Below are positions 1 to 9,099 of a stretch of DNA of 36,357 nucleotides, piece by piece. Source of the stretch: Candidatus Thorarchaeota archaeon. GTDB lineage: Archaea > Asgardarchaeota > Thorarchaeia > Thorarchaeales > Thorarchaeaceae. The DNA lies in contig JAEOUG010000183.1 in the NCBI GenBank assembly GCA_016839445.1, positions 1 to 36,357 of the forward strand, in the 5' to 3' direction. Each line of letters begins with the position of its first letter. The stretch's first letter is position 1. Below the pieces are notes generated by a model. The model did not search any database. It saw only the letters and a program-made list of their open reading frames with translations, and was not told where the DNA came from. A program made the position numbers and the translations under genes.

Positions 1-1326
1 ATGGGAGACTATACAACCGATGAGAGCTCGGCATCACTCCAAGAGCAGATTCTGAGCCATATGAGCCAGACTGCAGAGAAGACTGCCGGAGTGATCAATC
101 AGAAACTAGCGACTGCGGAATCACTGATCAATGCACTGGCGGAGGAGTTCTCTCGGCAGATGGACTCAGCAACTACCTTCACACCAAGGGAGACGTTCTA
201 CGATTACTTCTTCGAGATAAACACAGGCCCGTTCCCTGCCGATACGCACTACGAGAGAACCTACGGCCTGAATGTTTCCTGGGACTACAGTAGTTGGTTC
301 CTCCAAGGGTCCACCTCAGCGAACTGGCTCACTTTCAATACCACGCACGCAGATAGGCTTGGCAAAGTATCCAATATGGACTACATGTTCAAGTCAGTGC
401 ATGAGCAGCTCGCCTTCCGGTGGCTGTACATAGCGTTCACCGACGGTCTCTTCATCAACTACCCAGGTAGCATCTTTGCAGGGAGCGATGCAGAAAGAGT
501 CAGTGAACCATACGATCCCACGGGAGAGGAGTGGTATGAGGACATTGAGGACGCCAATGGTCAGATTCAGTTCGTGAGCCCCTACTACGACGAGATCGAG
601 CACGTCCTGATGATATCGATAGGGAAACTGGTCTATCAGGACTCCATCCCTCTAGGAGTCATTTCCGGAGATATAACACTCAAAGACATCCGTGACAAGA
701 TCATCAATGTCACTGTTCTGAACACTGGCTATGCAGCACTTCTGAACAGGGATGGCGACGTTGTTGCTCACCCGGAAGTTGAGGATGACGAGTACGCCCT
801 TGGACTTCCAGCGATAACTCAGGTTGAAACCAACCCAGATGGGTCATCTGCTCTGACAACACAGCAGGTCCTGCAGATTCGTTCGGTTAGCGAGGGAGTC
901 ACTGGTTCCCTGACCTATGTGCGAAACGGAACCACGATGTTGATGGTGTACACACCCGTCGGCAGAGGTGACTACATATGTGCCATATCTGTGCCCCTGA
1001 ATGAGGCATTGGAGTCTATTCCGCCCCTTGAGGCACGCATCGCGATAGCCAATCAAGATGCCGCTACGTTCATCATCTTTGTCACCATAGGGGGCATCGT
1101 GCTGTCAGGGCTGGTGGCCGTCGCCATATCGAATACTATAACAAAGCCCCTCGAGTACTTGATGGGCCTGGCCACGAGGAACGTTGCAGCGAAGATTCGT
1201 GATGCACCTCTGGATACGCAGGACCTCCAAGTAGACTCCTCGTATATGTCGAAGGATGATGAAATCGGAGAATTGGCCCGCGCATTCCAAGGGATGCTCG
1301 ACACAATCAGGGAAGACGAATCGTGA
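1..1326 (+). CDS. Membrane sensor with double Cache (dCache_1-like) domain, one TM helix and C-terminal HAMP; no output domain; probably 5'-truncated by the window edge
   Basis: Cache motifs LYIAFTDG..YPG, YDPTGEEWY, SPYYD, GVISGDI and GYAALLNRDGDVVAHP; hydrophobic helix ATFIIFVTIGGIVLSGLVAVAI; HAMP ITKPLEYL...DDEIGELARAFQGML followed by stop. No N-terminal TM or signal peptide is visible in the window. Confidence 0.85.
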   Translation: MGDYTTDESSASLQEQILSHMSQTAEKTAGVINQKLATAESLINALAEEFSRQMDSATTFTPRETFYDYFFEINTGPFPADTHYERTYGLNVSWDYSSWFLQGSTSANWLTFNTTHADRLGKVSNMDYMFKSVHEQLAFRWLYIAFTDGLFINYPGSIFAGSDAERVSEPYDPTGEEWYEDIEDANGQIQFVSPYYDEIEHVLMISIGKLVYQDSIPLGVISGDITLKDIRDKIINVTVLNTGYAALLNRDGDVVAHPEVEDDEYALGLPAITQVETNPDGSSALTTQQVLQIRSVSEGVTGSLTYVRNGTTMLMVYTPVGRGDYICAISVPLNEALESIPPLEARIAIANQDAATFIIFVTIGGIVLSGLVAVAISNTITKPLEYLMGLATRNVAAKIRDAPLDTQDLQVDSSYMSKDDEIGELARAFQGMLDTIREDES

Positions 1327-3200
1327 CCCAGTACGACGACAGTGGAGTGAACGACGTGCGCGAGGATGAGTGGAACATCGACAGAGCTCGGACTGTGTAC
1401 GGTATAGGTAAGAATGATCTTCACTTCTTGGATGTCAACGAGGATGGTGACCTGTGCGTACGCCTTCGCGGGCAATCAATTACGTTCAGGGAGATTATCC
1501 AGAGACTTGAGACTTCGAATGGTGATAGTCCATCATACACATCTTCCTTCACACTTCGAATCCCAGGACTTATCGCGCATCAGATCGCCAAGATAAGAAA
1601 CTCATTCTTGAAAGCCATGAAAGACCTGGACTACTCTGGAGACTTCCTCGCAGTGTATCCCATCAAGGTCAACCAGAGAAGAGACTGCGTGATTCCTGTG
1701 ATCATGGCCGACCGCAAGTATGGTCTTGAGGCCGGAACCAAGGCGGAACTGGAGCTAATCAAGGCAGTGATCCAGAAGGAGAAGGACAGGCAGATTGTGT
1801 GCAACGGGGCCAAGGACCCTGAATACCTCAACCTAATTCTCCAGTGTATCGAGGAAGGCTACAACATGTCGGTGTCCATCGAGTCGCTCCACGAGGCCAA
1901 CATGATAGTAGACCTGTTCGATCCAGAGAGGACCGACCTTGTGCTCCGTATCAAGCCGTATCTTAGTGTTGAGGGTCACTGGTCACATTCAACGGGCCGA
2001 GACTCCAAGTTCGGACTCAGCATTCACGATCTGCATGATGTTGTAGACCTTCTCAAAGGCAAGGGATTCGAGTCCACCGTAAGGACAATCCTGGCTCATG
2101 CGGGCTCCCAGATCACAGACACGAAGGCATTCAGAAGATTCGGACGCTTCATGACAGGGCTCTATTCCGAACTCAGGAGCAGAGGTCTATCCGAGCTTCA
2201 CGTCATCGACTTCGGAGGCGGACTGGCCATAGACTACGAAGGCGCCCTAGAAGAGAATCACACCTACGCGTACGCAGAGTCCATAATCCGAGGAGTGAAG
2301 GATGCGCTTGCTGAAGAGAACTCCGAGGTTCCCCCACCCGACATCATGATTGAGTCAGGGAGGGGTGTTACCGCGCTCTCATCGATGGTTGTCGTGAAGG
2401 CGCTTGAAGTGAGATCGGTCTTTCCAGCACTGAGCGACATCTCAGACTTGAAGGTGAAGGCTGTAAGGGAGAAGGCCTCGAAGTTTCTCGAGGAGATAGA
2501 GAAGTCAAGTTCGGCCTCTGATCTTGCGAAGATCTCCGACCGGTTGCATAGAGACCTCGCAGCAGACATGGATGAGCTTCAGGAGATACTTGAGAGCGAG
2601 AGCGCAATCGGAATCTTGGAGAAGTCGGTCAGAACGCGACTACGGACTCTTGGGTTCACGTCCGCTGACACACTGCTTCCTGAAAGGAGCTTCTGGCATC
2701 CTGAGCACATTGCCATTGGCAACTTCAGCGTCTTCAATAGTATAGCCGACCACGTTCTAGTCAAGCAGCACTTCCCGGCCATTCCTCTGACGGACCTGCA
2801 CCTGCAACCTGAGACCACAGTCAGATTGGCCGACATCACCTGTGACTCGGACGGAGAGATAGCTAATTTCTACCTCCAGAACACAGAGCTGCCTTGGTTC
2901 TCGAAAGACAACAGGCCAATCACGATGCCAGGTGGACAAATGGGCCTTGGGATCCCAATAGGAAGCCTGGAGAGACTCCCCGACACGGGCTTCGTCCTTG
3001 CGCTCACTGGCGCATATCAAGATGCGATAGAGATGGACCATAATCTTCTCGGGGACCTCCCGGACGTGGAGTTGCATCTCCTCGAGGACAACACATGGTC
3101 CCTTCGTTGGGTTACCGGAGCTGAGTCCATCCGAAAGATACTCGAGGATGTCGGCTACTTGGGTCTGGGCACCGATGGAGACCCGTACATGGGCGATTAG
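1323..3200 (+). CDS. speA: Biosynthetic PLP-dependent arginine decarboxylase (bacterial SpeA type)
   Basis: YPIKVNQ (PLP Lys), GLEAGTKAEL, CNGAKD, SKFGL, HAGSQI, DFGGGL, ESGR, DITCDSDG, GAYQD..HNLLG. GTGA overlap with the upstream stop. Confidence 0.92.
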   Translation: MTQYDDSGVNDVREDEWNIDRARTVYGIGKNDLHFLDVNEDGDLCVRLRGQSITFREIIQRLETSNGDSPSYTSSFTLRIPGLIAHQIAKIRNSFLKAMKDLDYSGDFLAVYPIKVNQRRDCVIPVIMADRKYGLEAGTKAELELIKAVIQKEKDRQIVCNGAKDPEYLNLILQCIEEGYNMSVSIESLHEANMIVDLFDPERTDLVLRIKPYLSVEGHWSHSTGRDSKFGLSIHDLHDVVDLLKGKGFESTVRTILAHAGSQITDTKAFRRFGRFMTGLYSELRSRGLSELHVIDFGGGLAIDYEGALEENHTYAYAESIIRGVKDALAEENSEVPPPDIMIESGRGVTALSSMVVVKALEVRSVFPALSDISDLKVKAVREKASKFLEEIEKSSSASDLAKISDRLHRDLAADMDELQEILESESAIGILEKSVRTRLRTLGFTSADTLLPERSFWHPEHIAIGNFSVFNSIADHVLVKQHFPAIPLTDLHLQPETTVRLADITCDSDGEIANFYLQNTELPWFSKDNRPITMPGGQMGLGIPIGSLERLPDTGFVLALTGAYQDAIEMDHNLLGDLPDVELHLLEDNTWSLRWVTGAESIRKILEDVGYLGLGTDGDPYMGD

Positions 3201-3219
3201 CAGAGCAACGGTGTGGGCA

Positions 3220-4023
3220 ATGGATTCATCGACTGAAGAGAAGTTCTCAAGAGTGGCAGACTCCCTTAGTGGGAAATCGGTCTTGGTTGCTTTCAGCGGC
3301 GGTGTTGACAGCTCGGTTCTTGCACACGTCGCAGCAGGGGCTGCTAGCAGGGCGGCTCTTCTGACTGTATCCAGCCAAGTGGTGCCGGCAGATGAGGTAC
3401 AAAGGGCAAGATCAATCTCCTCAGAGATTGGGGCCGAGCACATCATCGTAGAATTCGATTGGCTTGCAGACGAGAATCTCATCAAGAACCCTAGACACAG
3501 GTGCTACTCATGCAAGAGGCATCTTGCGGAGATTTGGAAGAGCAAGGCCAAGGAGCTCGGCCTAGACCTAGTAGTTGAGGGAACAACGGCGACAGAAGAA
3601 ATGGGCTATAGACCAGGACTAGAGGCACTGAAGGAGGCAGGAGTTGCATCTCCATTCATAGAGGCCAGCATCTCCAAGGAGGAGATTCGTGCTTACGCCA
3701 AGGAGAAGGGGATCTCCGTAGCAGATGCTCCATCCAATGCGTGTCTTGCCACACGATTCCCCTATGGCGAGACCATAACTCAGGACCTCCTTAGTTCAAT
3801 CGAGTCAATTGAGGACAAGGTGCGAGCGCTCTTCAACGTAGAATGTGTAAGGGCAAGATACCATGGAGACCTCGTCAGGATCGAGGTCGAAAGGGAAAAG
3901 ATTCCTACGGCATTCGACCCTGACAAGATGAAGGAGCTGGACTCATTTGTCAAGGGGAAGGGATTCTCCTACGCAACCTTGGACTTGGCGGGGTATAGGA
4001 CAGGCTCAATGGATGAGACCTGA
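3220..4023 (+). CDS. larE: ATP-dependent sulfur transferase LarE (PP-loop; nickel-pincer cofactor synthesis)
   Basis: AFSGGVDSS PP-loop, RCYSCK, RPGLEA, SNACLATRFPYG, RARYHG, LDLAGYRTGSM. Start moved to ATG 3220 to avoid overlap with speA. Confidence 0.9.
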   Translation: MDSSTEEKFSRVADSLSGKSVLVAFSGGVDSSVLAHVAAGAASRAALLTVSSQVVPADEVQRARSISSEIGAEHIIVEFDWLADENLIKNPRHRCYSCKRHLAEIWKSKAKELGLDLVVEGTTATEEMGYRPGLEALKEAGVASPFIEASISKEEIRAYAKEKGISVADAPSNACLATRFPYGETITQDLLSSIESIEDKVRALFNVECVRARYHGDLVRIEVEREKIPTAFDPDKMKELDSFVKGKGFSYATLDLAGYRTGSMDET

Positions 4024-4025
4024 AT

Positions 4026-5213
4026 CTACCCAAGGCATATCAGCTCTCTCTGAGGGTGAGAGAGGAACTCACAGCCACCCTTTGTCACTAGGATATCCTC
4101 TTCGAGGCTCAACTGGCCGTACTCCTTCGTAGTGACGTAGAGCTCCAGTGTGAATACATTCCCTGCCTCTACCTCACCTCTCGGCGTGTCGCCATACCTA
4201 TCCCACAGCGGCCCGAGCAGAGTGCCTCCGTCGTGGGCCAGTCGCCCCACTTGGTGTCCTAGAGCGTGTTTGTATTCCTCGTAGCCTCTTGATTTGACAT
4301 GGTCCCTGGCAATCGCGTCCACTTCGTGACCTAGCACACCGGGCCTGATGAACTCGGATGCCTTCTGGATCGCATCGTGGACTGTCTCGAATGCGTGCAG
4401 AACTTCCTCAGGAACCTCGGCCGGCTTCCCAAAGAAGAACATTCGTTGGATGTCGGAGCAGTATCCTTCATACTTGACGCCGAAGTCGAAGTGAAGAAGA
4501 TGCCCCGCCTTAGTTTCGTTCTCAGTTGGGCCGGAGTGACCGAAGACCTTGTTGGGTCCTGCATCAACTGCTGGATTGTGGTCCTCATCCCAAGCGTTTC
4601 CCACACCGTGCCTATCCATCGCTTCGTGGAACATTCCGTAGATTTGGGCCTCACTCAACCCAGGCCTGAGTCTGGGAGACATCTCACGGAAGATGTTCTC
4701 AGTAATCTCCACTGCCTTCCGTATCCGGGCAACCTCAGAGGGAGTCTTCCGTCCGCGAAGCCTCTGTATCAAGGCTTCGGCAGAAACCAGTCGATTTGCA
4801 TATGGTGTTCCAGAGAGGTGCTCGGTGAGAATCCGATACATCCCTAGGCTGAGTCCGTCCGCTGCAACGTCACTGAGACTGAAGTTGATGCCGACCTGCC
4901 CAGGCTTGATGCGTTCCAGTTCTGACCGCAGAGTATCCTTGACTCCCTCTGTGTAAGGGATTACCCTGTGATAGAGACCCTTCGCCTCAATTCCATCGGC
5001 ATCGAAGTTGCCAACTATAGCAGTCCGTTCACCACCCTTTGTGAACAGAAGAGCCGATTGCCAGACCAGGTCGCCCCCAAGGATGAGCTCGAGCACAGGG
5101 TCTGCCATTTGAGAGGTCTCTCTTACCCACACCAACCAGGCATCCATATCAATCTCAGCAAGAATCTGGGTGGCCTGTTCGCACTTCTCACGTTCCAGAT
5201 TATGAGCCATCAC
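4026..5213 (-). CDS. Xaa-Pro aminopeptidase / M24 metallopeptidase
   Basis: Metal-ligand motifs DFGVKYEGYCSDIQR, HALGHQVG..HD, FTLE and LEEDILVT; creatinase-like N-terminal domain. Confidence 0.9.
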   Translation of the reverse strand: MMAHNLEREKCEQATQILAEIDMDAWLVWVRETSQMADPVLELILGGDLVWQSALLFTKGGERTAIVGNFDADGIEAKGLYHRVIPYTEGVKDTLRSELERIKPGQVGINFSLSDVAADGLSLGMYRILTEHLSGTPYANRLVSAEALIQRLRGRKTPSEVARIRKAVEITENIFREMSPRLRPGLSEAQIYGMFHEAMDRHGVGNAWDEDHNPAVDAGPNKVFGHSGPTENETKAGHLLHFDFGVKYEGYCSDIQRMFFFGKPAEVPEEVLHAFETVHDAIQKASEFIRPGVLGHEVDAIARDHVKSRGYEEYKHALGHQVGRLAHDGGTLLGPLWDRYGDTPRGEVEAGNVFTLELYVTTKEYGQLSLEEDILVTKGGCEFLSHPQRELICLG

Positions 5214-5217
5214 AAGG

Positions 5218-6330
5218 TCACTCCTTTCCGTGCGGACTAATGACTGCCTTCACAGAGAGCTGTTTCTCTTGAGTTTCCAAGGCTTTCTGTGCATCATCAA
5301 GTGAGAAACGGTGTGTCACCAGCTTCTCAAATGGAAACCTATCATAGTTGTCTGCAATGGTCTTGATAGCCTGATAGACATGAGTGGTCTCAGAGCCCCA
5401 TACAGTCCTGATATCCAAGTGCTTTCTGTTCATGAGATGTGGATTGATCTCAACGGGTCCACTGTCTGTGTACTGCCCGCAGATGGTATAGGTCCCACCC
5501 TCACGTACAAGCTCGATGCCCTCAGGAATGGCAAGCGCGCTCCCTGTGGCCTCGTATACAATGTCTGGTCCATGACCCCCAGCTATGTCCTTGAGTATGT
5601 CCTTTCTCTCTGCAAGACTAGTATCACGGATATTCAGCGTGTGAGTTGCTCCGAACTCTTGGGCGATCTTCAAGCGGTTTGGAGCTTGGTCAATGGACGT
5701 TATCGTGGACGCTCCATTCACCTTCGCAAGGATGGCAAGCATGAGACCAACTGGTCCCGCTCCCTGAATGGCAACGTTCTTACCCCAGCCTAGCGGGCTC
5801 CTCATGACCGTATGAATCGCAGTGGGCATTGCACAGCCAACCGCGCTGGCTCCGTCAAAACTAACATGATCAGGTATCTTGATGATGTGAGTGCCTGGTG
5901 TCAGGTACAGGTATTCCGCGTAGCCCCCTATCAGATGGGGCCACTTGGTGGAATCACGAGTGATCCCGTACACCTCTCGATTTGGGCACTTCGTGGGAGC
6001 CTTTGCGATCAGGCAATACCAACAGGAATAGCAGGTCTTAGTGACGTCGTGGAATGTCACGCGGTCACCGACCTTGATCAGATTGCCGTCAAGGTCGCGG
6101 ATTGGAGAGGGGCCTACGTCTTCAATGGTTCCCACAACCTCGTGACCAGGTATGAGAGGATAGGGCACACCGGATAGCTTCCCGTGCCATAGGTGAACAT
6201 CTGTACCACACACGCCTGCGTTTGCCACTCTCATGAGAGCAGCTCCTGAGACGAGTTCCGGAATCTCATACTCCTCGACCACAAGTGGTTCGCTTGGACT
6301 AGGCACAACTGCTGCACGGCTCTTCGTCAT
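5218..6330 (-). CDS. Zinc-dependent medium-chain alcohol dehydrogenase (MDR)
   Basis: GVCGTD, GHE, structural Zn motif CYSCWYC...C, Rossmann GAGPVG. Confidence 0.92.
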   Translation of the reverse strand: MTKSRAAVVPSPSEPLVVEEYEIPELVSGAALMRVANAGVCGTDVHLWHGKLSGVPYPLIPGHEVVGTIEDVGPSPIRDLDGNLIKVGDRVTFHDVTKTCYSCWYCLIAKAPTKCPNREVYGITRDSTKWPHLIGGYAEYLYLTPGTHIIKIPDHVSFDGASAVGCAMPTAIHTVMRSPLGWGKNVAIQGAGPVGLMLAILAKVNGASTITSIDQAPNRLKIAQEFGATHTLNIRDTSLAERKDILKDIAGGHGPDIVYEATGSALAIPEGIELVREGGTYTICGQYTDSGPVEINPHLMNRKHLDIRTVWGSETTHVYQAIKTIADNYDRFPFEKLVTHRFSLDDAQKALETQEKQLSVKAVISPHGKE

Positions 6331-6416
6331 TGACTTCCACCTTTGTTGGACTGTGCCGAACTCCGTAGAACCCCCATTTAATCCTTCATTCTCGTGCCAA
6401 AGGCGGATTCCGAACC

Positions 6417-6428
6417 ATAACGTTATAA
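6417..6428 (+). promoter_or_regulatory. Putative TATA box (TTATAA) overlapping a 10-bp palindrome ATAACGTTAT, upstream of the tusA-dsrE-iscS-iscU cluster
   Basis: AT-rich island in the divergent ADH/tusA gap, about 45 nt upstream of ATG 6473. Confidence 0.45.
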
Positions 6429-6472
6429 GGAATAATTAACTATTGTTTATCAGTAGTGGGCAGGTGACAAGA

Positions 6473-6715
6473 ATGTCAGAGAAGCCTAATGAAACACTGG
6501 ACTGCGTGGGGCTGTTCTGTCCCCAGCCGCTCTTCCAAACAAGGGAGGCTATTGATGCACTAGAGCCAGGCCAGGTTCTAGAAGTGTTGGCTGACGATCC
6601 AGCGGCTGAAGAAGACCTGAAGAGGTTCGCGAAGAGGACGGGTCATGATCTTCTCCGTGTTGAACAGCTACCCGATGGAGTCCGGCGTTTCCTACTGAAG
6701 AAGAAGAGTGAATGA
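6473..6715 (+). CDS. tusA: TusA/SirA-family sulfur carrier protein
   Basis: LDCVGLFCPQP (CPxP), LEVLADDPAAEEDL; AGGTGA SD precedes ATG 6473. Confidence 0.9.
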   Translation: MSEKPNETLDCVGLFCPQPLFQTREAIDALEPGQVLEVLADDPAAEEDLKRFAKRTGHDLLRVEQLPDGVRRFLLKKKSE

Positions 6716-7065
6716 GTATGGCGAGCATCCTTTACGTGCAGACCAGCGACCAGCAAGAGCGACAGTATTCCCCCCTCGTTCTGGCTCAGAGCGCGAAGGC
6801 AATGGACATAGACGCTAAGGTGTACTACCTTGGTCAGGGACTAAGGGTTCTGGACCCTGATAATGACTTCAAGATTGGAGACTTCCCCAGCTTCCAGGAA
6901 ATGCTGAGAAGGACAATAGAGATGGGAATCCCGGTTTATGTCTGTGAGGCCTCAACGCAGATGCTAGGGTGGGAGAAGGTCGAGCTGACCCCAGACCTGA
7001 AGACTGTGGGAGCAGCGACGCTCAATGATCTGACGCTGGAAGCAGATGCCACCATGTGGTTCTAG
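6712..7065 (+). CDS. DsrE/DsrF-family sulfur relay protein
   Basis: Pattern PLVLAQSAKAMD..VYYLGQG...GIPVYVCEAS...VGAATL; ATGA overlap with tusA. Confidence 0.8.
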   Translation: MSMASILYVQTSDQQERQYSPLVLAQSAKAMDIDAKVYYLGQGLRVLDPDNDFKIGDFPSFQEMLRRTIEMGIPVYVCEASTQMLGWEKVELTPDLKTVGAATLNDLTLEADATMWF

Positions 7066-7088
7066 ATGACCGACTGAGTGTGGGGCAA

Positions 7089-8258
7089 GTGAAACAGGTG
7101 TATCTTGACTATCATACGGCGAAACCGGTAGATCCTAGAGTAGTGGACGCAATGGTGCCCTACTTCACAGAGAAGTTCGGGAACCCATCGTCTCTACATC
7201 ATGTAGGCGATGTGGCCACGGAGGCGCTAGAGGAAAGCAGGAGGGCCATTGCAGATTACATCAATGCAGATGACGACGAGATTGTCTTCACTTCCGGCGC
7301 TACTGAGGCGATCAATCTTGGTATCATTGGGTATGCCCTGAAAAACAAGAGCAAGGGCAATCACATAATCATCTCAGAAGTTGAACACATCTCCATTCGC
7401 AATATCGCCAAGTATCTTGAGAGAGAGGGCTTCGAGGTCTCGAGAGTTCCTGTCGACCAGTACGGAATGGTGGACATCAGGAAACTTGAGAGAAGAATAA
7501 CTGAGAAGACCATCCTGATCTCAGTCGGATATGCCAGCAACGAGATAGGGACAATCCAACCGATAAAGGAGATTGGGGCACTTGCCGAGGAGAGGAACAT
7601 CGCCTTCTTCACAGATGCAGTCGCTGCGCAGGGGCTTGTTAATCTAGATGTCCAGCGTGAGAACGTACACTTGATGGCACTATCCTCCAATGACTTCTAT
7701 GGGCCGAAAGGTGTCGGCGTGCTGTACATGAAGAAGAAGTACAGAGTCAATCCCATCATGATAGGCGGCGGACAGGAACGGGGCCTGAGGTCGGGTAGCG
7801 AGGATCTGGCAGGTATCGTTGGCATGCGTGCGGCCGTAGAAATCATGCGGAAGGAAATGGACTCCGAAGTGAAGCGGCTAGAAGCGTACAGGGACAGGAT
7901 GATCAAGCAGGTGCTCGAAGAGGTTCCAGACAGCTACCTCAACGGTCACCCCACGGAGCGCCTCGCCAGCAACGCTCACTTCAGGTTTGACGGAATAGAG
8001 GGTGAGTCGATACTCCTCATGTTCAAAGACATGGACATCGCCGTTTCGACAGGCTCAGCGTGCACTTCCAAGACATTGGAGCCGTCACATACGCTGATTG
8101 CCACGGGACTACTTCACGAGGAGGCTCATGGGTCCCTGCAGCTGACAACTGGTAGATTCACCACAGACGATGACGTCGATGCAGCGATGAAGGCGGTACC
8201 TGATGTGGTATCGCGCCTGCGTGAGCTGTCACCGATTTACGATTCAAAGAAGAGGTAA
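7089..8258 (+). CDS. iscS: IscS/NifS-family cysteine desulfurase homolog with Asp in place of the PLP-binding Lys
   Basis: YLD, FGNPSS, FTSGATEA, EH, NEIGTIQP, GGGQERGLRSG, STGSACTS. The usual SxHKxYGPKG reads SSNDFYGPKG. Start is GTG 7089 or 7056. Confidence 0.92.
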   Translation: MKQVYLDYHTAKPVDPRVVDAMVPYFTEKFGNPSSLHHVGDVATEALEESRRAIADYINADDDEIVFTSGATEAINLGIIGYALKNKSKGNHIIISEVEHISIRNIAKYLEREGFEVSRVPVDQYGMVDIRKLERRITEKTILISVGYASNEIGTIQPIKEIGALAEERNIAFFTDAVAAQGLVNLDVQRENVHLMALSSNDFYGPKGVGVLYMKKKYRVNPIMIGGGQERGLRSGSEDLAGIVGMRAAVEIMRKEMDSEVKRLEAYRDRMIKQVLEEVPDSYLNGHPTERLASNAHFRFDGIEGESILLMFKDMDIAVSTGSACTSKTLEPSHTLIATGLLHEEAHGSLQLTTGRFTTDDDVDAAMKAVPDVVSRLRELSPIYDSKKR

Positions 8259-8263
8259 GAAAG

Positions 8264-9043
8264 ATGAAGTCAACGAAGTATTCCGAAAAGGTTCTTGACC
8301 ATTTCCGGAATCCGCGGAACGTCGGAACGCTCGAGGGCGATGATGTGGCCGTAGGGAAGGTAGGCAACCCGACCTGTGGCGACATTATGGAGGTCTACAT
8401 ACGCATAGATGGAGACCGAATCACTGATGCGAAGTTCAGGACCTTCGGCTGCGGATCTGCCATCGCCACGACGAGCATGACTACTGAGATGGTCAAAGGC
8501 ATGTCGCTGGACGACGCCATGAAGCTGACGAGGCAAGACGTCGCAGATGAGCTGGATGGCCTCCCTCCCATCAAGATGCATTGCTCGAACTTGGCTGCGG
8601 ACGCGCTCCATGAAGCAATCAAGAGCTACCGGAAGGGTATGGGAGAAGATGTGGGAGAGGAGGACAAGGTAAAAGACACCGAACCCGAGTGTGTCGTCGG
8701 GAAAGACGAGTTTCTCGGGAAAGGTGTCTGGACCGCAGTAGATGACCCAGAGGAGCTCAGAGACCTGCGTACCCTCATTCTTCACTCCGGTGATGAGAGC
8801 GTCGAGGCAGCACTGGAATTGACCGAAGTTACAGACAGGGTCGTTCTTCTTACTCCTGATGCGGAGATCATGACTACTCCTGAGCTGAGAGCACGGTTAG
8901 AGGACTCAAGGGTGAAGCTGCTGACTGAGTCAAGGCTTCTGGAGATCCTAGGGGAGTTCGAAGTCGAGAAGGTGAAGATCTTCAATATTGATGAGGATGA
9001 GGACTACGAGCTCTTTGTCGACGCAGTCGTCATCATGGAATGA
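8264..9043 (+). CDS. iscU: IscU/NifU-N Fe-S scaffold fused to a degenerate thioredoxin-reductase-like NAD(P)-binding domain
   Basis: YSEKVLDHFRNPRNVG, GNPTCGD, FGCGSAIA, KMHCSNLA; then an acidic linker and GKDEFLGKGV...SGDESVEAALEL...VVLL...ELFVDAVVI. Confidence 0.88.
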   Translation: MKSTKYSEKVLDHFRNPRNVGTLEGDDVAVGKVGNPTCGDIMEVYIRIDGDRITDAKFRTFGCGSAIATTSMTTEMVKGMSLDDAMKLTRQDVADELDGLPPIKMHCSNLAADALHEAIKSYRKGMGEDVGEEDKVKDTEPECVVGKDEFLGKGVWTAVDDPEELRDLRTLILHSGDESVEAALELTEVTDRVVLLTPDAEIMTTPELRARLEDSRVKLLTESRLLEILGEFEVEKVKIFNIDEDEDYELFVDAVVIME

Positions 9044-9099
9044 ACCCCCGACAGACACATAACTGCCCTCCCAGTAGCCTATGCTCGAGAGCAGCCCAG

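Noticed and set aside
2757-3485. 242-aa antisense ORF, and similar long shadow ORFs (8270-8785, 15380-15970, 19064-19681, 31045-31710, 33601-34146)
   Set aside because: They lie antisense to well-supported genes, show no motifs, and are expected from codon bias.
6473-9043. Selenocysteine read-through in the sulfur and redox genes
   Set aside because: Catalytic positions are ordinary Cys codons, and the TGA codons are terminal with complete domains before them.
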